Shown piece by piece: positions 27,231 to 39,149 of a stretch of 64,000 bases of DNA. The number at the start of each line of letters is the position of its first letter. Within the stretch, counting starts at the first letter, position 1. The stretch is from positions 65,722,001 to 65,786,000 of the forward strand of contig NC_087436.1 of the NCBI RefSeq assembly GCF_036321535.1, written 5' to 3'. The notes under the pieces are model-generated. The model searched no databases and was not told where the DNA came from. It saw only the letters and a list, made by a program, of their open reading frames with translations. The stretch is from Camelus dromedarius. Lineage: Eukaryota. The position numbers were made by a program, and so were the translations under genes.

Positions 27231-27374
27231 GTAATTAATTTGCATCATTCTTTTTTAAGTTTTGCCATAAAATATAAGGGCTGGAATCCTAGAATCCTGG
27301 AAGCCTGACATGGGAACTTTATTTCCCAGAGACCCTTGTCAGAAGGGTCCTGGTTTAATGAGTATTCCTTTAAG

Positions 27375-28600
27375 CCAGGAGTAAGAATTTGGACTTTATT
27401 CTCAGTGATATGGCAACACTCTGAACAGTTTTAATCAAAGATATGATATAACTGAATTTACATTTGAAAAGATGTTTCTGTTTGTAAAGAAAAAATGATT
27501 TTGAATGGTAGGTACAGAAGCAGTGAGAGCTATTAAAAAGCTTGTAGTAGTCAAGGTAAGATATAATGTTGACTTGGACTAGGGTAATAGAAATACAGAA
27601 AGAAATAAGGGGCTTTTGTATATATTTTGAGCTAACACAACTCACTTGCTGAATCACAGTTCCATAATATCACTGGCTTAACACAAGAAACGTTTATTTT
27701 TCACAGCATAGTCCAATAGACATCAGTGTAAGCTTGGAGGTCCTGTTCCACATAGTCACTGAAGGACTGAACTTGTGTATTAAATGGGACACCACGGGCT
27801 TCCCAGATCTTGTCCTCTCCTTAATTAAATAGAGCAAGAGAAAAGAAAATATAAAAAATATCATTGCAAGATTTTTTTTAAGGGACCTTTCTGGGAAGTA
27901 GTTTATTTTCATTTATGCTCACTTTTCATTGCTCATAACTTATTCAGTTATATCTACTTGTAAAAGAAGGCTGGAAAACATAGTTAATTTGAATTCCCAA
28001 AAGGAAGTGGAAATGATTTTGTGAACAACTATATAATCTGTTATAAGAAGAAAATAAAATACATTCAAATATTTTGAATCATTTATGTTAAGAAATTCAG
28101 TAGTCAATGGATATATGGCTAGAAAGTCATTTTTAGTCCATAGAGAGAGTTGGATTAGATTTAGAGTTTGGGAAAGTTTAGAAAAGAGTTAATGAAGGAG
28201 ACAGAAGTCAAAATAGATTTATTTAAAGCTAGGAAGACATTAAAGACATATTTTTGAAGGTCAAGATATACCACATTACATAAACATTACCAAGAGCAAA
28301 TATAAAATGGCAGGAGAATGCACATTGCATGTAAGGAATAATGACTTTTATAATTTGGTTAAACAATAAAATATGAGTTGAGTTGAGGTCAGACTTTAAA
28401 AATAGGTGCATCGTATTACAGAGTTCCCTGAATGCCAAAATGAGGAGTGTGAACTTTATCTCTTTAACAACTGGAATATATCAAAAGCTTTAGTGGAGTA
28501 ATATGACAAGATGACAGTAATGTTTTGAGTAGGTTACTATGGAAACATAGGGCAAAAGTTATTAAAGTTAAAAGTCTACTTTCAGGGAGCCATTTAAATA
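27375..28600 (-). mobile_element. L2 fragments with an MLT1-like LTR remnant at ~27650-28045
   Basis: 'gtaagaatttggactttattctcagtgatatgg...' and 'ccaaaatgaggagtgtgaactttatc' are reverse L2-like; 'ctggcttaacacaagaaacgtttatttttcac...gctggaaaacatagtt' is MLT1-like. Confidence 0.6.
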
Positions 28601-29950
28601 TAATGGAAATTAGTGACAATGTGAATCTAAAGAACACTTGTAAGAAACATGAAAGAAATACGAAGGAAAAAACTGGTAGAAAGAAATGACCCAAAGAACA
28701 GGGATAAGAAAACAGGAAAGATGACTAATCATCTAAATAACTGATACCAATGTCAGAAATGGGAAGTTATGAGATTAAGCCATGTAAGCTTATCAAAGTT
28801 AAAGTAACAATAGATTCAAAAAATATTTTATCTTCAATACTGTGAAGGAGTTAGGCAGAAAATGCATGTAGAAATACAATATCCAAATTTATCTCTCAGA
28901 CACTAAATAGATTAACAAAAATATCATATGTCTTTTGATCATAACAAATCACAACTGATTATGGAAAATTATCTTCAAGTCTTTGTGAAGTATCTGTATA
29001 ACTTCTTAATTTCAGTGTAGGATGCGATGCACACTTTTCTTCATAATCAGATCTTTCCCTCACTGCCCCCCATGTGGTGGAGATTTTCCATATTCCATGC
29101 AATAGTGAATGGGGTTATTTGGCTAAAAAATGAGAAAGTAGTCTCTCTTGTTTTCACTGTGAACTCTTTTACCACATGGGAGCTGCATATTTTTCCTTGC
29201 TTTCCTCTGTGATACTATATGCTCACTGGGATGCAACTTAAATTCTGTTTTGTGGAAAAAGACTACTTTTCTCCAGCTCCTTCTTCTAAAACTGCATACT
29301 TACATTCCATTCACAGAGGGGAGAGAAGGAATCCTCACTTTAGATTTTGGTTGAACTTCTTATCTCAAACCTCGTTTTATCAAGTAAATAATGATGCTTG
29401 ATTTTCATTTGTCTCCTTGTGCCTAGAATAAATTTGTCTCAGAACATGCATGAGTGATGAGTGGTTAACTGGCAACTTTTTTTACCCAGCCAATCCATAC
29501 ACACTACACAGAGACACAGTGTCCTCAGCACATGAAAAAAAGGCTTGAAAGCTTTGAAAGTTAGAAATAAAAAGTGACATTTTGGGACACATGGACTTTT
29601 TATCTATGCAGTTTAAGTGACCACTGTCTCCAGATATACTTCTAGATTTAACCACTGTGGGTATTTCTAACTATGGGGCTTGGATTTAAGCATAACTGTT
29701 CTTTTAATCATTAGGCTAAGACTGGGTTGAGCAAGATGAGAGCTGAAACTTAGTAGTTAAGAAATGATTGATTAGGACATCAAAGTAAAGAAGCTAAAAT
29801 ATGTTTTACTTAGAGTTACTTAAAATCTGTCTCCAAAGAGAAATGACTTTACATATTAAGGAAATCCAGTCACATATGGAGAGACTGAAGTCCTTTCAAA
29901 GACCAATAAAAAAAACTCTCTATATAAAAACAGGGAAGGTGTCAATACAC

Positions 29951-30460
29951 TGATGGGGTTCGTGACACATTACCTTGTCATATTAAGTTTCTTAAGCTGA
30001 AGGAATTTTTAAAAAAATAGCAAAGCAGAAGGGTTGCTCTGACCTTCCCCTATCACTCTTCCTCTCTGAAATAAAACTCCCATGTGAAAAGTTCCTTCCC
30101 CGTACCAGGAGGAAAGAAGACACTCTTATCACTAGAGATGGGGAATTTGAAGCCAGGAAATCTGTACAATCCCCTGCTAAACTAATCCTTACCTTCCTAG
30201 CTATCCTTAGCCCTCACGTCTTTGTTTCCCCAATTCTTCACAAATTTATTCTGTATTTATTTAAAATATATAAAAGCTTTCTATTCTGGTCACTTCCGTG
30301 GGTCTTCATTATCTTGTGAAGGCTCCTGTGTACATGTAAAAATTCAGTAAAATGTGTACACTTTTCGGCTGTTTATCTGATCTGTGACAATGATCAATTT
30401 AGTTATCAGACCCATCCAGGGGCCCTAAAAGGGTCCAGGAAAACTTTTTCCTCCCCTAAA
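29951..30460 (+). mobile_element. ERV1 solo LTR (MER34-like)
   Basis: Starts 'tgatggggttcgtgacac', contains 'gctctgaccttcccc', TATA 'tatataaaag' and AGTAAA, and ends 'aaaactttttcctcccctaaa'; flanks ACAC/ATAC form an imperfect 4-bp TSD. Confidence 0.8.
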
Positions 30461-31009
30461 ATACAAGTTTTGTAAACACAGGTAAGTGGATCTGTATTCC
30501 CTTAGCGTATATAGCATAAGGGTGAGAGCGGAAACTTTAAAGGTCAATTATCAAATAAAGAAGGAAAAAAAAAAAAAACCCTAAATGGGATCATTCCAAA
30601 AACAAATGATTGAAGAGCCAAGTTTGCAAAGAGATGCTAGGTAGGAAAGGATGAAAACAAAACAAAGTTGTTCTTTCTTTACTCTAAATATAAGGAGTGA
30701 AATAAAGGGGAAAATTAATAAATACAGCAAATTGAATTAGTTGCAGAGAGGGACATCTTTAAGGGAAGGTCTAAGACATTGCATGACTTATCTGACTGCT
30801 CCTGTAGGAATTAATTTGAAAAGAGGGTGGAATTTTTGTTGTTCTTTGAATAGAAAAGGTAATTGTAATCTATCGAGTTTTAAGAAGCTATGAGAAAGAA
30901 GATAAAATGAATGTTGTGGATGGAACTTAGATCCAAGAAACTATCGAAAAAATACTTTTAAAATGAGGAGATAAGTAATCCAAAATTAGAGCAACAGTGG
31001 ATAGATCTC

Positions 31010-31260
31010 TTGAAAACTGGAGTATTACTGACAAGAATTGACAGTACCCTTGGCCAGGTGAATCTATACACTTTCTTGATATTTGATATTGGGCAAATTG
31101 ATTAAACTCTCTGTTTCTCATTTTTCTTATTTTTAACTTGGAAATAATAAAGTTATATCATAGGGTTTTGTCTGTGTGTGTGTGTGAGATCCAAATAAAT
31201 TAACGTATGTAAAGATTTTAGAAAAATACTTGGCACTTAGAAGGCACACTGTAAACATTC
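31010..31260 (+). mobile_element. MIR
   Basis: 'tgatattgggcaaattgattaaactctctgtttctcatttttcttatttttaacttggaaataataa...tatgtaaagattttagaaaaatacttggcacttagaaggcac'. Confidence 0.75.
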
Positions 31261-31799
31261 CATAAGGGATACAATTAGGTAATATTGTTATCATCTTTTA
31301 AATGGGTTTTAGAAGGAAATATTGTAGGAATCAGCATAAATATTCTATGTATTTTAGGTGCATTTCAAGAAGTTGTTGAAGGTTGAGGAAGTAGAATTGT
31401 CAAAAGGAAAGTCCTCAAACACTGCAAATTTCCCCCCACCATAGTTTTTTGGCTGGAGTGAAAGCAGTTATTTTCTAAAACGATTCTTGCTTTTTGGGGT
31501 TGCCTCTTACTGTGTACTTTAGCTAGAGAAAGCAGTCTTTTCTTGATGTGCTTTTTTTTCTTTGTTGTTGTGTTTTTTTTGGTCTGAGCCTGTTTTCATT
31601 TCTTGGTTGCTGGCTTTTCCAGTACCTACTCTGGGATAATCAGATATAATCAAAGACATTCAATTTTGTGTCAATCCTTAGCCTTCTTTTCTTCACCTTT
31701 TAGTCTTGTTGCATTAGTTTTATACATAAGTCCAGGGTTTTTAGCTGTATTTATGGGAGGAATAGGGAAAAGCAACTCTCCTCCAAATACCCAGAAGTA

Positions 31800-33940
31800 C
31801 AAATTCTCTGTTAAATTGTGTACATTAAAAAAAAACAACCGGAAATTTTAAAAACATTTAAGGTTTCATTTCTTGAGGCACAAAAATAGAACAATAAAAT
31901 AAACCCAAATGAGGTAGAACATAAAGTTTTATAAAAATGACAGCAGTTAATGGACTATAAATAAGAAACAGTAGAGATGAAGTCATTATTTAAATTCTTG
32001 GCTCTTAAGATCAAAGTAAAAAAGAGAACTTAAAAATAAAAAAGAAAGGTCATAATTACAAATACAAAAAGATGAACAATTATAAGAGAAAATTATATAC
32101 TCTTTGTATACTTCTATATTTGAATATCTAAGTAAAATATTAAATTTTGTAGAAAATTAAACTATCAAATTGTTCTAAAAATTTTAAAAAGTGAATAAAC
32201 TATTGAAAATTGAAAAAAAAAAAATAGTCAGGGATCTAACCATTATCCATTTCCCACTGAAAAGAAAATCACAAGGATCAAATGGTCATTAGTCAAATCC
32301 ACTAATTACTTGTGTGGAATATGATTTTTGCCTTATAAAAAACTGCATTAGATAATATAAAAATATGTTAAATTATACAACTAATTTTTTAAGCTAATCC
32401 AACTCTGAATTGTTCATCAAGAGAACAGAAAAATAAATTATTACCTTTTGGCCAAGTATAACAAATATTAATTGAATCATTAGTACATTGATTTCTTTTT
32501 TTTTTTTTTAACCTTGCTCCCTGATCCAGTAGTATATAATGCAGATATATCACTAATTTTTAAGATAGGTAAACTAGTAATTGTATTTTGATAAATTAAC
32601 AGAGGAATTTAGTGTGATCATTTCAATAGCTGCTCCAAAATAACTGGAATAAATTCAACAACCTTTTATAAAAAATGGAACAGTCTTACCAAATTATTCA
32701 AAAAACATATTTCTTTAAGTCAACAATTTACATCTTACCAAATCACTGGACAACCATTAAACATAACTATTGTAATTAAATTCGGAAATAATGACACCAT
32801 AAATTTCTCTTCCACAAAGTTTTTTGCATGTGTGGAGGCAATCATGCAGAATACCAGTGAGAAACACAAGAAAGAGGAAGATAAACTAACGTCTTTGAAA
32901 AATGGATCTAAATGTATCTAACCAAAAAATGCAATAAAGAGTTCATACTAGACAGCTATAAAACAGGACACAGTAAAGATTGGAACAGAAGATTGTTTGC
33001 AGACTTCTTGCATAAATGCCCAACTTATTTTTAAGAGTTTTATCTATTTAATTGATAGTGTGGCTGCCAAGATAGCAAAAACTTGAGTATGTCTGATTTG
33101 TATCATTCTGTTGCTATCACAAATGAAGAAAAATTTAAAATCTGGAAGGACAAAAACCCCAAAAGTAGACAAAACTATTCAAGAAAAACACAGTCTAATA
33201 CAAAACAAAATAAAATGGCAAATGAATTTTGGCATAAGAGCAAATATCCTAATTCACCTGAATGCTGAGAACATAATCCACCAAGTGAACTTTGCATTTT
33301 ATCACTGGGATTGTAGGAAAGAAAAATTATTCAAGAAATAGTCATTAGTCCTTCAGTGAAAAATAATTATGCAGTTTTAATATTATAAATGTTACTTATT
33401 GCTTTTCAAATTTTTGAATCAAATGATGGATAAAATGAGAAGTTTAAGGTTAAGAAAAACTGTGTAAATACATATTTATATTTTATAGGTGGTAGAAGTA
33501 AAGAACAGCAAAGAGAAAGGAATAAATAATAATGTTCTGCTCTTAAAGGAACATTTAGCTATTATGCAAACTTGACTAAAATAGATCTATAAACATTTAA
33601 AATAAACTGATAGAAAAATTGAAATTAATATTGAAACTACCAAATATTTTCAGAAAGTAAAGGACAATTAGAGCTAGCAGTGTTGGCTAACTTCTAATTT
33701 GTCATGGGAAATAATCAATAGGCATAGTGAAAAATTGATAAATCAAGAAAGAAACAAGAGTATATTATTTCATATAAAGGGACTAAATATTAAAACCAAA
33801 GAATAGAAAAAGTCAGAAGAGTCTGCCTTTGGGCATATAATTAAGGCTGTGTTTCACTTTTTTAAAATCCCATACTTGTATTTCATTTACTAAATTATCA
33901 AATAAGTATATAATAAAATGAAATAAAATAAAACATTAAA
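31800..33940 (+). mobile_element. Highly decayed old L1 (L1M/L1ME) fragments
   Basis: A-rich ORF2-like remnants, e.g. 'gatcatttcaatagctgctccaaaataactggaataaattcaacaacc' and 'acaataaaataaacccaaa'; boundaries approximate. Confidence 0.55.
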
Positions 33941-34198
33941 GTGTGTATTGTCAGGCTGCAAAACACAAAAAAAGACATTGTAATCCATCTCATAAACATG
34001 CAGATACATGAAAATTGTTCATTTCTTCCCACTGGAACTTAATAAGCAAAGCCAACATAGAATACTGTGTTCATTTACTAATAACATTTTGACACGCTAG
34101 TATAGGGGGAAAAAATTTTTCCCTTCGCTCACTGGTTTATAAGCATGATATGAACATATTCATTCTCTTTCTCTTTCTCATACAGATACATGCACTTC

Positions 34199-34201
<3 letters not shown>

Positions 34202-34240
<39 letters not shown>
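34202..34240. repeat. (CA)n microsatellite
   Basis: Directly visible. Confidence 0.97.
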
Positions 34241-34242
<2 letters not shown>

Positions 34243-35209
34243 AGCCCTTTTTGTCTACAAGATAAACTCCATGTTACTTACACTATTATCAAGATTATCT
34301 ATTGTCTGCCCTAAAAGTCTACTAGTGTTTTTAAATTTTATCTGAGATAATATATGCCTGATAATTTTCCACTAGAGTATGTTAGTAATGGTCACCCCGC
34401 TGACAGCACTGCCATTACTGTCATCTCATATATCAACATTTTACATATTCTTTAAGATGTCCTAGCACAGATGCCACCTCACTCATGAAAATTCCCAGAT
34501 CATCTAACTAAATATTCTTCCTCTAACTTTCCAATATCTTTAGAGGTTTGGTGAAGTTCACTTCCTTCTATCTGTATTTTATTTAATGGAGAATATAAAA
34601 TTTGTTCAATAACTCAATAAACCAGTGAATTCTCTGTGTCTTGCACACAATGCTATTCTTCCCATAATAGTAGTTGTTGATCTATATTTGTTCAAATCTT
34701 ATTAATTGCTTTTTATATATAAATATAAGAAGTCCATGAAATTACAATGAGAAAGCACCTACTGACATATTTCAATAATACACTGGCATTTAATTTAGAA
34801 TAGAAATATTCATTTTATTTATTAAAAAAAATCTTTAAGTCACTGGTACAAGGAAATTGCAATGATTTTTAAAAAAATTTTTTTGCTTTACTTATGCACA
34901 AAATACGTTTATCTTCTCTTTAAAAAGTTTACATTAGACTAACATGTCTCAACTAGATTATTATTAGGAGGAGCTAAAAGATACCTAAAATTACATAATG
35001 TTTTCATTGGCATTGCATTTTAAGGATCTTCTTAGATCAAATATCTTGATGCAAATAGCCAGAATCTGATTTTCAGAATGTTCCATTTTATTTACACAGA
35101 AAACTTATCTGTAGTATGTTTTATGTTTGACAGTCATGAGTGCATTCTTTCTGAAAAAATTTGTAATTTGACTTACATTTTTCTAGATAGAACAGGTAAA
35201 ATTATCCTC

Positions 35210-35520
35210 TGTTATGAACTAACTATGTGTGTCCCCTCAAAATTCATATGTTGAAGTCCTAACCTTTACGTGATGACATTCAGAGGTGGGGCCTTTGGGA
35301 GGTAATTCTATTTAGATGAGATCATGAGAGTGGAGCTCCCCTAATGGGATTAGTGCCCTTATAAGAAGGCAAAGATACACCAGAGCTTGCTCTCTCCGCC
35401 GTGTGAGGGTGCGTCCAGAAGGCAATGTTTTCTGAGCCAGCAAGAGGGCTCCCACAGGAACCGAATTAGCTGGCACTTCGATCTTGGGCTTCCCAGCGAC
35501 CAGTAATGTTAGAAATAAAG
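35210..35520 (+). mobile_element. MaLR LTR (MLT1A/B-like), 3' end missing
   Basis: 'tgttatgaactaactatgtgtgtcccctcaaaattcatatgttgaagtcctaacc...ggggcctttgggaggtaatt...gatcttgggcttcccagc...agaaataaa'. Confidence 0.9.
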
Positions 35521-37759
35521 GGAGCTGGGGAACTGGCAGAATTCTGGAACTTGATTTTCCACAACTGTCAAAGTACATTTCAAGAATTTAGATGACCTAT
35601 ATTAGTTACTTTGTAAAATTTCATCATTGAGAACCTGCTGCACGCTCAAAATCTTCAGAAATTTACAACTATAAGAAAGTATTTTTGTTATGTTTTTGTT
35701 TGTGTTTGTTTGGGGGGTGTGTGTGTTATACTAAAAGTTTTTTAAAAGGCATTGTGTAGCTACTTTATTCCATGTGATAAGGATAAGTGGTGCTATATGT
35801 AGGACATCAAAATATTAAAGAGAAATAAAAATCATTAGCTAGGGGGGGTCTAAGAAAATCACAAGTCATCACCTGCCATTCTTTTCTTACTATCTTCAAA
35901 AAAATTGGCATTCAGGAGCAATTTCCAGGCTATATGCCAGGAGTAGACACACATTCTTAGAAATCTCAAAGGACAGAGTGCATCTGACTTACATATGCTA
36001 TTACACTATCTTAAATTTTTAAAAGGCAGTCTATAATAAAACACATATATTAATATTTTTTTAATTTCCTTGAATCAGCAAAGTAAATTGAAAACTAGGA
36101 GTGTCACAAAGTAATGCTGGTTGGTGGGTTTCAACTCCATGTTCTGGTTCATATATTTAAAAGAGTGAAAGTGAGTGCTATTGATAATTATTCTAGAACA
36201 ACAGTGTTTCCTGGGATTTTCACAAGCAACCCAGGACACATGAAAATTCTACCATTATAGGACAAATCAAAATACCCATCCCTGTTTCTATATTGCATTT
36301 GACACAGGGCTGACTCCCTAACTTGAGTTAGCCTTCAAGGCTCTTGAAAAATTACCAAGACACCTTCTAAGCAAAAATTTTCCCACTATTATAGGCAAAT
36401 GGGAGCTGACATGACATAATAAAATGTTTTCTAATAGAAAGGTGCTAGCATGCTTATTTTGCAATCTATATTGCAATTTTGCAAAATTGTGTCAATAACA
36501 TCTTTGTATCTTAAAAAATGATTACAAATTGATTTTATCTGTCTTAAATATTTTGTTGCTTGTAATATATACAAATTTATAAATTATACCTCAAATTATG
36601 TGCTAATTTAAGATACAAGTTTTGTTTTGCTTGACATTTAGATAATTCATTTCAACCTCTAATCCTTAGATAGCTAAACCATTTGCCACTTATTCAAAAG
36701 ACAAAATTTTATTGCTACAAAAATCTGTGATAGTTAAAGAATTGTGTTTGTTACCGTTTAAAACTTTTAAACTGTACTTATGTTAGGAACATATGGGTTT
36801 TATAAAGGAATGCCTTCTTAATTTTTTCTAAGAAATTGCCAATTACAATGTGATTATAAGATGTTAAAAAGAAATCACCACAAAGGAACATCCAGATGGC
36901 CATGAGAAGTAACTAGTAATAGATGAGCTTAAAATGTATGGTTCTTCATCTGTTCTTGATAGAAATGTGACTCCAAATTATTTTGGTGATGTAATTTTCT
37001 AATGTTCATCCCAAAAGTGTGCTGTGGGTACAAATGGTTTACACATTTTGTTATACATGAAATGTGACTTCTTTTCTATAATGACAGAATTTTTAAAATT
37101 TAAATTACAAATTTTCTGGGTGACTGAAAATGAGCAACAGACACTGAGGATTGCTTCTGGTAGTAGAAACTGTTATCTGTGCCACACTAGCCCTTCTCTT
37201 CTTGTACAATAACATAAACTACACAGTTGTACAGAACAAAGATTACATTTTCTTTGTGCCTCTTTTACAGTGAGGTGTGGCCACATGACTTAACTCTGCC
37301 AAGTGTATGTAAGAAAAGTGGTATGAGCAGAGTTCGAGAAGGCTTTCATATTTCTACAGAGGAGGAAAAAACCTCCATTTTTTTAATCTCAAAATGTTAT
37401 TCTACTACAAATATAATGAGTATTCTGTAAATGTGTGTTCTGTTGGGTTTCTGTGTTTGTGTTCATTTCTCTCTCTAAGCACGTTTGATCCTCTCCTTCC
37501 CTAAAAATTAGTTACAGGGATTTTACTTTCTAAGAAATCTATTTTTACTCTAGTTTCAAAGACATCTTAAGGATTATTAGAAAACATACTCCCACAGCAT
37601 TCAGATGTTAAGTCTAATGAGTAATAGTTTCATTGATTTTAAAAATAGTAGAATATTGTAGAATGTACATATTTTGTTGTGTAAAAAAAGGTGTTCCAAC
37701 TTGGCATGCAGTACTAAATAGTCAATTTAGCTTCTATGTACACTGGAATCTTATAAAGA

Positions 37760-37980
37760 AAATGGCTTTTGGACTTTGGAAAACAATTTTAAATTTTAAA
37801 TTGTAGATTTACCACTTATTACTAGTATAACCTTGGCAAGACTATTTAGCTTACTGGCACCATGTTTTACTCATGTGTATAATAGGGACATTTAATATCT
37901 GGCGATTATTTGTGAATAAGATAAAATACTTTATAAATAGAAATTCCTTCATAAATTGAGCTTACAATAAATGTTATATT
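37760..37980 (+). mobile_element. MIR
   Basis: 'ccacttattactagtataaccttggcaagactatttagctt...catgttttactcatgtgtataatagggac'. Confidence 0.65.
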
Positions 37981-38384
37981 TTTTCCCTTTTCACTTTTAT
38001 TATAAGCCCAATATACCATTATATGGATAAGCTTGAGAACAATTTACTCAAGATTGATTATTGCTAAGTTGAAGATTAAAGGAAAGTACATATGTAAATG
38101 GGGTTGGTCTGGATGGAGGGAGGGGGGCATATTTCAATATGGCCTGTTAATTTTATAATTTATGGGGAACTAAGTGGAAAATTAAGTGAAAGAAAAATGC
38201 ACGATCTAATACAAGAGTAGATTTAAGTTATGACGTCTGGCTTTCTGACATAGATTTTAGATAGGCAATACATTTCCATGAGGAAAAATAGAGTGTGATG
38301 GGGTATTTGGTAGAGTCAAGTACAACAGGACTTACTTAGAACTTGCTATTACAACACAAATAAGATAAATAAAACATGATATTG

Positions 38385-38430
38385 ACACAACATTGTAAAA
38401 TGATTATAAATCAATAAAAATATTAAAAAG
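38385..38430 (+). mobile_element. 46-bp 5'-truncated young L1 3' tip with 15-bp TSD
   Basis: Perfect TAAAACATGATATTG at 38370-38384 and 38431-38445; insert 'acacaacattgtaaaatgattataaatcaataaaaatattaaaaag' resembles the L1 end at ~46387-46426 and contains AATAAA. Confidence 0.85.
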
Positions 38431-39149
38431 TAAAACATGATATTGCTATTAAGAAAATAATGATCTAATAGGAAATATGGATATGTAAATAATGATTTAA
38501 TAAGACATGAAAAGTGTAATAACTTATGTATGTAATATATATGTCATACAAAGCAAAAAGATTATGACTGGCTTTGATTTATCAAAAGGGATGGTATAAT
38601 TTCTAATTTAAAAAGATAGATTCATCAGGATAATGCATGGAGTTTAAGACTTACTAGCCAAACACTGTATTTAAAAGTGCTAAGAAAGGAAACAAAATGT
38701 GAAGTTCACAGAACTAGTGTTTCAATACTATTACAGAAAAAATTCAAGAGTGAGGTGATTAGCAAATAGGAATTATCAGATACACTTTAATAGAGAGTTG
38801 TATGATATGAATTGTCTCTTAGGTTTATTCCACTAGCTAAAGAGAACACTTCAGAACAAATTGTAAGAAAAAAAAATAGTTGAATATGAGCTTTGTTATA
38901 CTGCTTCTTTAAAACAGGTGATTTGAATGTCAAATTTAAAAGAGCATTAATTTGAAAATAAAAACAGAAACAGCAATATTCATCTTCTTTGTTGATTTTC
39001 TATGCTTCCCACTGTGGCTAGGAATTATCAGATTGCTCATTTGCTATTTTTCTTTTAAGAGCCATTATTGTAATACTAATAATAATATCTGTATAATAGC
39101 TAAGATGTGCTTCTCTTTGCCAAGACCTCTGATAGGGAGAGGCTGGACA

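Noticed and set aside
29061..29080. CTCF-like CACTGCCCCCCATGTGG
   Set aside because: Spacing mismatches the core consensus, and the site is isolated
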